In this document: piece by piece, positions 29,882 to 39,386 of the stretch
Numbering within the stretch: the stretch's first letter is position 1
Layout: the number at the start of each line of letters is the position of its first letter
Assembly (NCBI GenBank): GCA_965223855.1
Contig: CBDCXM010000009.1
Span: forward strand, 1,824,001-1,888,000
DNA from: Candidatus Multivoradales bacterium
GTDB taxonomy: Bacteria > Acidobacteriota > Thermoanaerobaculia > Multivoradales > JAHEKO01
DNA: 64,000 nucleotides
Reading direction: 5' to 3'
Position numbers and translations under genes: made by a program
The notes under the pieces: model-generated
Told to the model about the DNA's origin: nothing
The model's input: the letters and a program-made list of their open reading frames with translations, nothing else
Database searches by the model: none

Positions 29882-30694
29882 CTACCGAGGCCGCGGACTG
29901 TACTGACGCGCCAGCAGCCGGCACAGTCCGTCGAGACCGGGGAAGAGCACCCTCTCGTTGACGTTCGCCTGGTCGAGCTTGTCGCGGATCTCCCATTTGA
30001 GCTCGTGCGGGATCTCGATCCGGCGGTAGACCTCGGGTCTCGGCAGCAGCCACTCCTCGACCGTCATGCGGGCGCTCGAGAGCACCGAGAAGAGGGCGAA
30101 CTGGTTGACGATTCGCGGGCTCAGAGACGGCGGTTCGAAGAAGACGAGGAAGGGGTCCTCGCGCAGCCCCTCGAAGTCCGGCAGGGAGGCGGCGACCTCG
30201 CCGAGCATCTCGGTGGAGAAGGCGTCCGCCTCTTCCCGGCGCAGAGACTTCAGCAGCTCGGGTGGGAGCTGCTTGTTGGTTCGCGTGTAGTCGATGCACC
30301 AGATCGTGCCGTCTTCGTCGAAGCGGCGGATGTCGTCGGTAACGAAGTGGAGCGCGACGAACGGGGAGTAGGTCCAGTCCAGCAGCCGGGTCGGCAGGCC
30401 GTGGTGCTGGGCCTGGGCGAGCAGGTTCCACATCGACCTCTGCTCGCCACCCTCGAGGTAGGCGTACTTGCGGAAGTTGCGGATCAGGTGACGCTCGAGG
30501 CGGGCGTAGTCCCCTCCCAGTCGCGAGAGGCTGGTCTGGAGCGGCCAGTCGCGCGACGCCATGCCGCGGAAGGCGTAGGTCGACCGGTAGCGCCCGATCG
30601 CCGGCTGCCACGATCCCTCGAAGAGCTCGTTCTGAAGCTCCGCCCAGCTCCCGACCCGGACGACCTTCGCCGGGCGTGCCCTCTTCTCCGGCAC
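29882..30694 (-). CDS. FRG-domain protein
   Basis: YAFRGM, AQHHGLPTRLLDWT.SPFVALHF, PRIVNQ, VLFPGLDG. Confidence 0.88.
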   Translation of the reverse strand: MPEKRARPAKVVRVGSWAELQNELFEGSWQPAIGRYRSTYAFRGMASRDWPLQTSLSRLGGDYARLERHLIRNFRKYAYLEGGEQRSMWNLLAQAQHHGLPTRLLDWTYSPFVALHFVTDDIRRFDEDGTIWCIDYTRTNKQLPPELLKSLRREEADAFSTEMLGEVAASLPDFEGLREDPFLVFFEPPSLSPRIVNQFALFSVLSSARMTVEEWLLPRPEVYRRIEIPHELKWEIRDKLDQANVNERVLFPGLDGLCRLLARQYSPRPR

Positions 30695-30702
30695 CGGGTC
30701 GC

Positions 30703-32064
30703 CTACTCCCCGGTCTCGGTGAGCGGCTCTTCGGAGTCCTGAAGGACGGCGCGCAGGCGGGTGATGCGGTTGCCGTCGAGATCCTGGATCTCGACCGACA
30801 TGCGACCGACCTCGACCTTGTCTCCCACCCGCGGCTGCCGCCCCAACTCCGAGAGGACGACGCCGCCGATCGTGTCCTCGTCGCGGTCCGAGAGCTCGGT
30901 CGCCAGCTCGTCCTCGAAGTCGGCGACCAGCATCGATCCGGCGACGTCGAACGTGTTGTCACCCCGGGCGACCAGCTCCGGCTCCTCCATGTCGAACTCG
31001 TCCTGGATGTCGCCGACGATCTCCTCGAGCACGTTCTCCATGGTGACGATGCCGCTGACGCCGCCGTACTCGTCGAGCACCGCGCTCATGTAGACGTGCT
31101 CGAGCCGCATCCGCCTCAGCAGCCGGTCGAGGCTCAGCGTCTCGGGAACGAACGTCATCGCCCGTTTCACCTCGAGCAGCGACGACGGCGGCGATTCGGC
31201 CCTGAAGAGATCCTTGATGTGGACGAGGCCGATCACGTGATCGAGGTCGCCGTCGCACAGCGGGAAGCGGGTGTGCCCGCTGTCGCGCGCCAGAGAGAGG
31301 CTCTCTTCGACGGGGTTCTGGATGTCGAGGAAGATCACTTCGTTTCTCGGCACCATCGCCTGTCGGGTGATGCGGTCGGAGAGCTCGAAGATGTTGTCGA
31401 GGAGCTCCCGTTTCTGGCCCGAGATGTGGTCGTCGTCGGCGCTCGCGAGCATCCTTCTGAGCTCCGCCTCGTCTCCCACCGAGTGGTGCTCGCTCATCGG
31501 TCGCATGCCGATCAGCCGCAGCAGCATGTTGGACGCCTCGTTCAGCACCCAGATCGCCGGGAAGGTGATCTTGTAGAAAAGCCACAGCGGCCACGAAATC
31601 CACAGACTCGTGCGCAGGGGCTTCCTGATCGCCACCGTCTTCGGCGCCATCTCGCCGAGCACGATGTGAAGGATCGTGATCGTCAGGAAGGAGATGACGA
31701 TCGCCACCTGATGGACGTTGGCGTCGGTCGCGCCCGGAAAGAGCCGCACGACCGGTTCGACGACCCAGGCGAACGCCGGCTCTCCGATCCAGCCGAGGGC
31801 GAGGCTCGCCAGTGTGATTCCCAGCTGACAGGCCGAGAGATAGGCGTCGAGATGCTCCACCATGTGGCTGGCGACCCGGCCGCTTCCACCGGCGGCGTGC
31901 GGCTCGAGCTGCGTCGGCCGAACCTTCACCAGCGCGAACTCGGCGGCGACGAAGAAGCCGTTGAGAAATACCAGGAGCATGCCGAAGAACAGGCCCCAGC
32001 CCGGGCTGAGCAGGGGTTCTCCGGCGGGCAGGCTCGCCAGTGGCAACAGAACCGTCGGATTCAT
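30703..32064 (-). CDS. HlyC/CorC (CNNM-CBS-CorC) family membrane protein, Mg/Co efflux-associated
   Basis: NGFFVAAEFALV, CQLGITLASLALGWIGEP, LGEMAPK, GHTRFP, DEYGG..GIVTMENVLEEIVGDIQDEFD. Confidence 0.92.
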   Translation of the reverse strand: MNPTVLLPLASLPAGEPLLSPGWGLFFGMLLVFLNGFFVAAEFALVKVRPTQLEPHAAGGSGRVASHMVEHLDAYLSACQLGITLASLALGWIGEPAFAWVVEPVVRLFPGATDANVHQVAIVISFLTITILHIVLGEMAPKTVAIRKPLRTSLWISWPLWLFYKITFPAIWVLNEASNMLLRLIGMRPMSEHHSVGDEAELRRMLASADDDHISGQKRELLDNIFELSDRITRQAMVPRNEVIFLDIQNPVEESLSLARDSGHTRFPLCDGDLDHVIGLVHIKDLFRAESPPSSLLEVKRAMTFVPETLSLDRLLRRMRLEHVYMSAVLDEYGGVSGIVTMENVLEEIVGDIQDEFDMEEPELVARGDNTFDVAGSMLVADFEDELATELSDRDEDTIGGVVLSELGRQPRVGDKVEVGRMSVEIQDLDGNRITRLRAVLQDSEEPLTETGE

Positions 32065-32230
32065 TCCGAAAGTGGTGGCGCGTACGACTGCCGATCGCGG
32101 TCCCGGGAGGGGGTGCGCGTCGTTACCGTGGTCTGGGGGGGCGAGCCGTGGTGCGGTTGAGCGGGTTCAGGGGGTTCGTCCATCAGTGCTGGCGGGATCG
32201 TACCACGCAGACACCGCCTGCCGGGGGTCG

Positions 32231-35200
32231 TCAGTCAGGAGTCCCGCTGCATCTGAGAGCCTCGGCGAAGGGACGATCGTCGACCGCGCGGCCCGGTGCG
32301 GGCGGGTGGGCGACGGTTCTGGCTGGCGGATAGGCGGTCATCGCGTGGTAGGGCATCGGTCCGACGGTCTGCGAGGCGGCGGTGTTGAGGTCACCGTCCT
32401 TGACCCAGCCGTCGGTGTGGAGGACGAAGTGCCGGCTCCATCCGTCCGGCAGAGGAGGAAGCTCGGTGGCGGGGTAGCGGACGGTGAGAGCGTCCCCGGC
32501 GTTCATGACGACGAGCCGGTCGTCGTTGCCGGCGAGCAGGGGCGAGACGGCGCCGTAGGAGGTGTAGCTGCCGATCAGATCGCGGAATCGGACCTCCGTA
32601 GTTACGCGGTCTGCGTCGAAGAGATGGGGGCCGAACGCGTCGTCCCGGTAGAGCCTGGAGAAGCCGCGGTAGGAAAGCCGGGCATCCCGTGGCCGCAACC
32701 GTGTGAGCCTGGCGTCGATGGTGCGCCGCTCGGCGACGGCGGCGGCGTCCCAGTAGATCTGGAAGTTGGTCGTCAGGCGGAGCTCGAACGGTGCGTCCCC
32801 CAAGCCGGGCGGCAGGTCGACCACGACCGCCTTTCGCTTTCCCGCGGGAATCCGGAAGCCGCCGGTGACTTCGGCCCAGTCGCCGCCGAAATGACGGTAC
32901 TCGAGGCGCGTCAGCGGCGCTGCGGGCGTGCGCTGCTGGGAGAGGGCGACATTGATGCTGGTGTCGGTCGGGAAGATCCACCCCCACAGGACGAGCTGCA
33001 GGTCACCGTCGCCGCGCCTCGAGACGCGATCGAACTCCAGTTCCAGCGTGTGAGGAGCCGCGACCCCCTGATAGCGGCCCAGCGGCAGTCCTCCGACGTG
33101 ACGACCGTCCCTGGCGGTGAGTCGGCGCGTCACGTCACGGCCGGAGTGATCACGTGCTGCCGTCGGTGGCCGCAGCTCGCCGAGCCAGGAGACGCTCGGC
33201 GCCGCCGGGTGAGGCGGCAGCGAGAAGCTCTCGTCGACGACGAAGCCGACCTCGGCCGGGGCATCGTAGACCCACAGCTCCTGGCGGTCGAGGTAGACCG
33301 CCTCCCACAGCTCCTCGGTGACGATCATCCAGTAGTCCCCCCCGACCGTCTCGAGAGCCGTCGGCGGGATGCGCACGAAGTCTCTACCCGACTGATGGGG
33401 TGCGGCGCTGCCGTCCGGGAAGGTCATCCCGAGCGGAGACTTCCACAGGAGATCGGTGACGAACTCGAAGCGCGACCCGTTCCAGGCGTAGAGGAACGGA
33501 CACGACCCCTTCAGTACCTGCTCCTCGTTCAGAATCTGGTCGGCGGCGAGGGCCGACCAGCTCTGGGCGAGGCCGTTGGTCCACAGCACCCGCAGGAGGT
33601 CCGCCTGGCGGGAGGCGCCGAGTCCGATGTGCAGGATGCGGCCCTCCGATCGCAGGTGCTGGTAGCGCCCTCCGGAGCGGACCTCGACCCGGGAGCCGTA
33701 CCCCTGCGAATGGTTCTTCGCGTTGTTCTCGACTCTTCCGGTCAGCGAGAGGCGGAGCCAGTGATTGAGATTGCCGCCTTCGTTGCGCCACAGGGCGAGC
33801 CCGTCGGCTGCCGATGCGACGAGGTCGAGGTCACCGTCCTCGTCCCAGTCGCCGGCCGAGAGGTGCTCCACGCGATTGTCGAGGGCCGCGACCTCCTCGA
33901 TCTCGAAGCTCCCGCCAAGATTCCTCGCAAAGTGGAAGGAACCGGCGGTGAGAACGGCGATGTCGGGGTCGCCGTCGTTGTCGAAGTCGGCGACCTCTGC
34001 CTCGTGCCAGGGAGTCTCGGCGATCTCGACGATCTCGAAACCGCCCGTCGTTCTACGGACGAGGGAGGCGCCGGAGCTTCCCCAGGCGAGGAGGTCGAAG
34101 AGGCCGTCGTTGTCGAAGTCGGAGACTTCGAGTCCCGCGACGCCCGCGGGATCGTCGAGCGGGATAGCGCTCGCCTCGAAGAGCCCGCGCCGCACGTTCT
34201 CGAGGTAGGAGAGGCCGTCGGCGGTGACAGCGACGGCATCGGAGTCTCCGTCGTCGTCGAAGTCGGCGCTCTCGAAGTCGGTGAGGATGCCGGTTAGGCC
34301 GCCGGGAAGTCCGGTGCCGTCCTTCCAGGCGTCGGCCTCCCAGGTGCCGTCGGCGTTGTTGCGCAGGTAGTGGCTGCGAGCTTCGTCGCTGACGACGAGG
34401 TCGAGGTCGCCGTCGTGATCGAGATCGACAGGCGCCACGAGGCCGACGTCGCCCGACACGGCAGTGAGCTCCACCTGCGCTCCGGTTCGTCCAGAGAGCC
34501 ACCACAAGCTCCCCGAGTGGTCGACGATGCGGTCGGAGCTCCGGTCCTGGTCGAAGTCGAGCCCGCTCCAGACGCGGACATCGACCCCGGCGTCGATCTC
34601 GAGCGCGCCGATCGACGATCCTGTGCCGCGCTGCCACCCCTCCTCGCTCCAGCGCATCTCCTCCACCCGGCCTCCGACGACGGCGAGCAGGATGTCGCCG
34701 CCGCGAACGATCGTCAACGGCCGGCCCGAGAGTTCCACCGGCCACCGGTTGCCGAGACTCCATCCGAAGGAGATGTCGCTCCCCCCCTGGATACTGGCCG
34801 GCAGAGGAGGGACGAAGTCGAGCTGCAGGAAGAAGCCGCGACCGACCTCGCCGCGGCCGACGAGCGGTCGCAGGTGTTGGCGGTAGAGCTCACCCGGCCG
34901 CAGCAGGTTGCGCAAAACCTGGGCTGCCGGTGCCGCGGCGGCTGGGTCTCCTTCCGGCGCGGCGGCATCGAGGATCGCCTCCGCCCACGGAGCCGCCTCC
35001 TCGTCGAAGCCGTCCAACCGGTCCTCGATCGCGTAGAGATCGTCGGCCATGTCGGGGCCGGCGACGGCCGCTGCGGTCACGAGCCGATCGACGAGCAGAA
35101 CCAGGTTCTCGGGGTCGGCCGCGGCGGCCCTCCTCGCCGCTGCGGCCGCAGCCTGCGGGTCGCCGTCCTCGGTGTGCCAGCGACTGGCCAGGTAGTACGG

Positions 35201-35617
35201 CCGCGGATCGCGCGGATGAGCGGCGGCGAACGTCTCGATCGCCGCCGTCCAGGGCCGGCCGAGCTCGCGCTCGAGGCGCGCCCTCAGATGGAGGAGGGAG
35301 GGGTGATTCGGGTCGAGCGCCGCAGCGCGATCGAGGGCGGCGCCCGCCGCTTCGAGATCGCCCGCCTCGAGGTGGCTGATCGCGAGGTTGAGGGGCGGCA
35401 GGAGGTTGTCCGGCAGCAGTGCCTCGAGGACGGTCAGCGCCCTGACGGCTCTCTCCCACTCCCCGGCATCGATGGCGACCAGCGCCTGACCGTGGACCGC
35501 TGCCGCCTCGCGATAGTGCTCTTCGGTCGCAGTCGAATCGGGCGATGTCGCGGCAGCGGTCGAGGTGGCGGCCGCCAGAGCCGCGGCCAGCGCGATCGCG
35601 ATCGGCAGAGACGTCAT
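32231..35617 (-). CDS. Large secreted TPR + FG-GAP + ASPIC/UnbV protein with additional C-terminal domain
   Basis: Signal peptide, TPRs, DFDNDG repeats, NHWLRLSLTG..YGSRVEV..HIGLG, then GSCPFLYAWNG, TEELWE, GWVKDGD. Confidence 0.85.
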   Translation of the reverse strand: MTSLPIAIALAAALAAATSTAAATSPDSTATEEHYREAAAVHGQALVAIDAGEWERAVRALTVLEALLPDNLLPPLNLAISHLEAGDLEAAGAALDRAAALDPNHPSLLHLRARLERELGRPWTAAIETFAAAHPRDPRPYYLASRWHTEDGDPQAAAAAARRAAAADPENLVLLVDRLVTAAAVAGPDMADDLYAIEDRLDGFDEEAAPWAEAILDAAAPEGDPAAAAPAAQVLRNLLRPGELYRQHLRPLVGRGEVGRGFFLQLDFVPPLPASIQGGSDISFGWSLGNRWPVELSGRPLTIVRGGDILLAVVGGRVEEMRWSEEGWQRGTGSSIGALEIDAGVDVRVWSGLDFDQDRSSDRIVDHSGSLWWLSGRTGAQVELTAVSGDVGLVAPVDLDHDGDLDLVVSDEARSHYLRNNADGTWEADAWKDGTGLPGGLTGILTDFESADFDDDGDSDAVAVTADGLSYLENVRRGLFEASAIPLDDPAGVAGLEVSDFDNDGLFDLLAWGSSGASLVRRTTGGFEIVEIAETPWHEAEVADFDNDGDPDIAVLTAGSFHFARNLGGSFEIEEVAALDNRVEHLSAGDWDEDGDLDLVASAADGLALWRNEGGNLNHWLRLSLTGRVENNAKNHSQGYGSRVEVRSGGRYQHLRSEGRILHIGLGASRQADLLRVLWTNGLAQSWSALAADQILNEEQVLKGSCPFLYAWNGSRFEFVTDLLWKSPLGMTFPDGSAAPHQSGRDFVRIPPTALETVGGDYWMIVTEELWEAVYLDRQELWVYDAPAEVGFVVDESFSLPPHPAAPSVSWLGELRPPTAARDHSGRDVTRRLTARDGRHVGGLPLGRYQGVAAPHTLELEFDRVSRRGDGDLQLVLWGWIFPTDTSINVALSQQRTPAAPLTRLEYRHFGGDWAEVTGGFRIPAGKRKAVVVDLPPGLGDAPFELRLTTNFQIYWDAAAVAERRTIDARLTRLRPRDARLSYRGFSRLYRDDAFGPHLFDADRVTTEVRFRDLIGSYTSYGAVSPLLAGNDDRLVVMNAGDALTVRYPATELPPLPDGWSRHFVLHTDGWVKDGDLNTAASQTVGPMPYHAMTAYPPARTVAHPPAPGRAVDDRPFAEALRCSGTPD

Positions 35618-35915
35618 GTGTGTGCGCCCGATCGCCGACACTAGCCCGGACTTCTCACGCCGGTGTGGTCTGGTAGGTCGTAGGTTGCTGAAGATACAAG
35701 GCTCCCGGTCGCGAGCACCGCAGGCTCGTCCGTAGCTGCGTCGAGGAGAGCAGCGACCGAAAAACGCAGTAGATTCAGTGACGTACGGCCTACCTGAGTA
35801 GTTCGGTGAGCAGTGCAGCGGCGTGAGAGGTCCGGGCCAGGAGACTGTAGCAGGCGGAACGGGCGTGGCAGCCACCCGCCCACGGCTGGTCACGGGCTGC
35901 CGGTCGGGGCCCCAG

Positions 35916-38165
35916 TCAGAGACCTGCTACGAGTCGCCACACCTGAGTGACGACGAAGCACAGCGCCAGCCCCATCACCACCGGCAGCAGCGCTGCGACG
36001 GCGGTCCACCGGGCGCTGCGCGTCTCTTTCCAGATGGTGTAGATGGTCGTCGAGCACGGGTTGTGGACGAGGCTGAAGAGCATCAGGTTGACGGCGGTGA
36101 GGAGCGTCCAGCCTCCCGCCTCCAGGAGACTGGCGGTCGCTTCCTGAGAATCGAGCTCGAACATCACGCCGGCGCCGGCGCCGAGATCGGCGCGCCCGAT
36201 CGCCAGCACCGTCAGCATCAGGATCGTCGGGATCACGATCTCATTGGCGGGGATGGCGATCACGTAGGCGAGCAGGATGAGGCCGGAGAGCCCCAGCGCC
36301 ATGGCGAACGGGTCCATGCCGGTCATCAGGATCTCGGCCAGACTGCGCCCGCCGACCTCGATGTTGGCCAGCAGCCAGATCAGCGCTCCCGCCGGCAGAG
36401 CGAAGACGACGGCTCGCCAGAGGACGATCAGGGTGCGATCGATGATCGACGTGTAGATCGTCTGGAGGATCCGCGGCGGCCGGTAGGGCGGCAGCTCGAG
36501 GTTGAAGGTCGACACCTCGCCCCGGAGCACGGTGCGCGACAGCAGCCACGAGGTGGCGAAGGTGAGGACGATGCCGAGCACCGCGATCGCGACGACCGAG
36601 AGGGCCGAGATCAGCCCTGCCAGATAGGCGGGCGCAAGACCGCCGATGAAGATCGAGGCGACGAGGATCTGGGTCGGCCAGCGACCGTTGCACAGCGCGA
36701 AGTTGTTCGTGAGGATCGCGATCAGCCGTTCGCGTGGAGAGTCGATGATCCGGGTCGAGACGATCGCCGCCGCGTTGCACCCCCAGCCCATCGCCATGGT
36801 CAGCGCCTGTTTGCCGTGGGCGCCGACCCGGTGGAACATCCGATCGAGGTTGAAGGCGACCCGCGGCAGATAGCCGAAGTCCTCGAGGAGGGTGAAGAGC
36901 GGGAAGAAGATCGCCATCGGCGGCAGCATCACCGACACCACCCAGGCGGTGGCGAGGTACATGCCGTCGATCAGCAGCCCGTCGAGCCACCACGGCATGG
37001 CGATCGCCTCCGCACCCGCCTTGAGGAGCGGATGCACCTTGTCGACCAGCAGCGTCGCCAGCATCGCCGACGGCACGTTGGCGCCGGCGATCGTGATCCA
37101 GAAAACGACCGTCAGCATGGCGAGCATCAAAGGAAAACCGAACAGGCGGCTCGTCACCAGGCGGTCGAGGGTGCGGTCCCAGTCGAAGCGCGGAGCTTCG
37201 CCGCTGCGGGTGACGGCCCGGTCGGCCAGCCGGGCCGCTTCCGTGTAGACCGCCTCGACGAGCTTCTGGTGAAAGTCCTTGCCGGCCTGCCAGCGCAGGC
37301 TCCTGGCGAGCTGCAGGAGTTCCGCGGCCTCTTCCGGCGCCGGTTCGTGGGCCGCCGGGGCTTCGTCGCCCGGTGTCAATCCCGCCTCGTTCTCCTGCAG
37401 CTCGCCGAGGGCTCCCGAAGTGGCGGCGGCGGCGATTCCCGTGTCGCCGTCGAGCAGGCGCAACGCCACCCACTGAGCGTTCGGCAGCTCCGGGTAGACC
37501 TCGACGACCTTGGCGGCGAGGTCGCGCACGGCGTCCTTCAGGCTCGACGACTGGCCTCCGACTCGCAGCGGCTTGCAGACGGCGGCACCGGTGGCGACGT
37601 CGCGGATCGCCGCGTTGAGCTCCTCGAGCCCCTCGCCGTAGCGAGCCGAGGTAGCGACCACCGGGACGCCGAGGTCACGCGCCAGCCGGCGATCGTCGAC
37701 CACCAGCCCCTTGCGGCGCGCCTCGTCCATCAGGTTGAGGCAGACGACCGCGCGATCGGTGATCTCCAGGACCTGCAGCACGAGGTTGAGGTTGCGCTCG
37801 AGGCGGGTGGCGTCGACCACGATCACCGTGACGTCCGGCTTGCCGAAGAGGATGAAGTCGCGCGCGATCTCCTCGTCGAGGCTCGACGAGAGGAGGGAGT
37901 AGGTGCCGGGCAGGTCGACCAGCTTGTAGCGATCGCCCCCGGTCGAGAATCCCCCCTCCGCCCGGGCGACGGTCTTGCCCGGCCAGTTCCCCGTGTGCTG
38001 ACGCAATCCGGTCAGAGAGTTGAACACCGTGCTCTTGCCGGTGTTCGGGTTGCCGGCGAGGGCGACGACGTAGTCGAAGTCCTCCATGTCGACGCCGAGC
38101 TTGATCAGGTTGCCGACGTGATGCGCCGGGCAGGTGGCACAGTTCTCCGGGCTCGGGCGGCTCAT
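35916..38165 (-). CDS. feoB: Ferrous iron transporter FeoB
   Basis: [57 protein letters not shown]. Confidence 0.95.
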   Translation of the reverse strand: MSRPSPENCATCPAHHVGNLIKLGVDMEDFDYVVALAGNPNTGKSTVFNSLTGLRQHTGNWPGKTVARAEGGFSTGGDRYKLVDLPGTYSLLSSSLDEEIARDFILFGKPDVTVIVVDATRLERNLNLVLQVLEITDRAVVCLNLMDEARRKGLVVDDRRLARDLGVPVVATSARYGEGLEELNAAIRDVATGAAVCKPLRVGGQSSSLKDAVRDLAAKVVEVYPELPNAQWVALRLLDGDTGIAAAATSGALGELQENEAGLTPGDEAPAAHEPAPEEAAELLQLARSLRWQAGKDFHQKLVEAVYTEAARLADRAVTRSGEAPRFDWDRTLDRLVTSRLFGFPLMLAMLTVVFWITIAGANVPSAMLATLLVDKVHPLLKAGAEAIAMPWWLDGLLIDGMYLATAWVVSVMLPPMAIFFPLFTLLEDFGYLPRVAFNLDRMFHRVGAHGKQALTMAMGWGCNAAAIVSTRIIDSPRERLIAILTNNFALCNGRWPTQILVASIFIGGLAPAYLAGLISALSVVAIAVLGIVLTFATSWLLSRTVLRGEVSTFNLELPPYRPPRILQTIYTSIIDRTLIVLWRAVVFALPAGALIWLLANIEVGGRSLAEILMTGMDPFAMALGLSGLILLAYVIAIPANEIVIPTILMLTVLAIGRADLGAGAGVMFELDSQEATASLLEAGGWTLLTAVNLMLFSLVHNPCSTTIYTIWKETRSARWTAVAALLPVVMGLALCFVVTQVWRLVAGL

Positions 38166-39208
38166 GGCGCCTCTCCCTGTGCGGACGCGGGCTCGAGGGG
38201 CTCGATCTGCACCTGGTCGGCCTGCGACTTCCTCAGGGCGATGACGGCGCCGCGAACCGCGTAGCCGGTCGGATCGCCGCCGGGGCTTCGGATCTCCGCG
38301 CGAACCTCGGTGCCGGGGATGAAGCCGAGGTCGAACATCCGGCGTCGCTGCGGCCCGCGCAGCGCCGGTGTGAAGGCGACCACGCGGCCGCTCTGGCCCG
38401 TCTCGAGGCTCGACAGACGGGTGACGGAGCCGTCGATCGCCTCCTCCGTCGGCAGGGGGACGACCGAGAGGTTGGCGGCGAGCACCGGGGCGAGCACGTG
38501 CTCCTCGGAGTCGGCTTCGAAGGTGATCCGCTGCGGGGTGACCTCGATCACGCGCACCGTCATCCCGAGGTAGAGCCCTTCGGCGACGAGCTGGGCGTAG
38601 ACGGCGTCCGGCTCGTCCTCGATGTGCACGATCTCGCCGATGTCACCCGCTTTCAGCCCGCTCAGCGGCGACCCCTCGCGGGGAGCGATCTCGCCCCCCG
38701 CGGTGGGGATGGGATCGCCGTGGGGATCGAATCTCGGGTGTCCCATGCTCGCCGAGAGCTCCTCGACCTCTTCGCTGGAGAGGGTGTGCTCGAGCTGCTC
38801 GGCACTCTCGTGCCAGACCTCCGGCCTGTGGCCGGTTTCCTCCGAGAGATAGCGTTCCCAGAGCCGGTGGGCGCGCACGATGCGCAGCGCGTAGCGCCGT
38901 CCCTCGCCGGTGAGCCGCAGCCTGCCGGCGTCCTCGACGACGAGCTCGCGCTCCTGCAGCCGGGCGAGAATCTCGGCGGCACGGTTGCCCGACACGGAAA
39001 GGGCCCCCGACAGGCTCTGCAGATTGGCGGTCCGACCGTGGTACTCGCAGTCGAAGAGGTGCTTGAGGGCGTCCTCGCTGAGAACTCGCTCGGTCGCCCG
39101 CCACGCCCGCATCCAACGCCAGTACCAGCCCCGGGTCGGCCAGAACAGCAGGACCGCCAGCGCGACGACGCCGACGGTTGCGAGCAGGGAGAGGAGGGGT
39201 TGAGTCAT
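38162..39208 (-). CDS. Membrane-anchored DtxR-family regulator with two FeoA domains
   Basis: N-terminal TM helix, [34 protein letters not shown], FeoA motifs (EGLYLGMTV; [27 protein letters not shown]). Confidence 0.88.
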   Translation of the reverse strand: MTQPLLSLLATVGVVALAVLLFWPTRGWYWRWMRAWRATERVLSEDALKHLFDCEYHGRTANLQSLSGALSVSGNRAAEILARLQERELVVEDAGRLRLTGEGRRYALRIVRAHRLWERYLSEETGHRPEVWHESAEQLEHTLSSEEVEELSASMGHPRFDPHGDPIPTAGGEIAPREGSPLSGLKAGDIGEIVHIEDEPDAVYAQLVAEGLYLGMTVRVIEVTPQRITFEADSEEHVLAPVLAANLSVVPLPTEEAIDGSVTRLSSLETGQSGRVVAFTPALRGPQRRRMFDLGFIPGTEVRAEIRSPGGDPTGYAVRGAVIALRKSQADQVQIEPLEPASAQGEAP

Positions 39209-39250
39209 GGGCTAGGTGCTCATGGGTTGGGTGCCCAAGGGCTGGGTGCC
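39206..39250. repeat. Three imperfect 15-bp tandem repeats at the translation start
   Basis: CATGGGCTAGGTGCT / CATGGGTTGGGTGCC / CAAGGGCTGGGTGCC. Confidence 0.7.
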
Positions 39251-39269
39251 AGGCGCTTGTACCCGGTCG

Positions 39270-39290
39270 TTTTTTAGAGTACTCAAAATT
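39270..39290. promoter_or_regulatory. AT-rich palindromic operator, putative DtxR/MntR box
   Basis: TTTTTTAGAGTACTCAAAATT with GAGTACTC core, about 60 bp upstream of the DtxR-FeoA/feoB operon. Confidence 0.65.
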
Positions 39291-39386
39291 CTGGGAAATC
39301 GTCAAGCCCTCCCCCCGCCGACGGTTCGCGATCGGGAATACAGTGTGCCGATCCCGCCTCCATGCCCTCGAAGCGGTCGACGGCGG

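Noticed and set aside
30703-32064. Hemolysin toxin
   Set aside because: Architecture is the CNNM-CBS-CorC ion-homeostasis family, and the hemolysin label is historical
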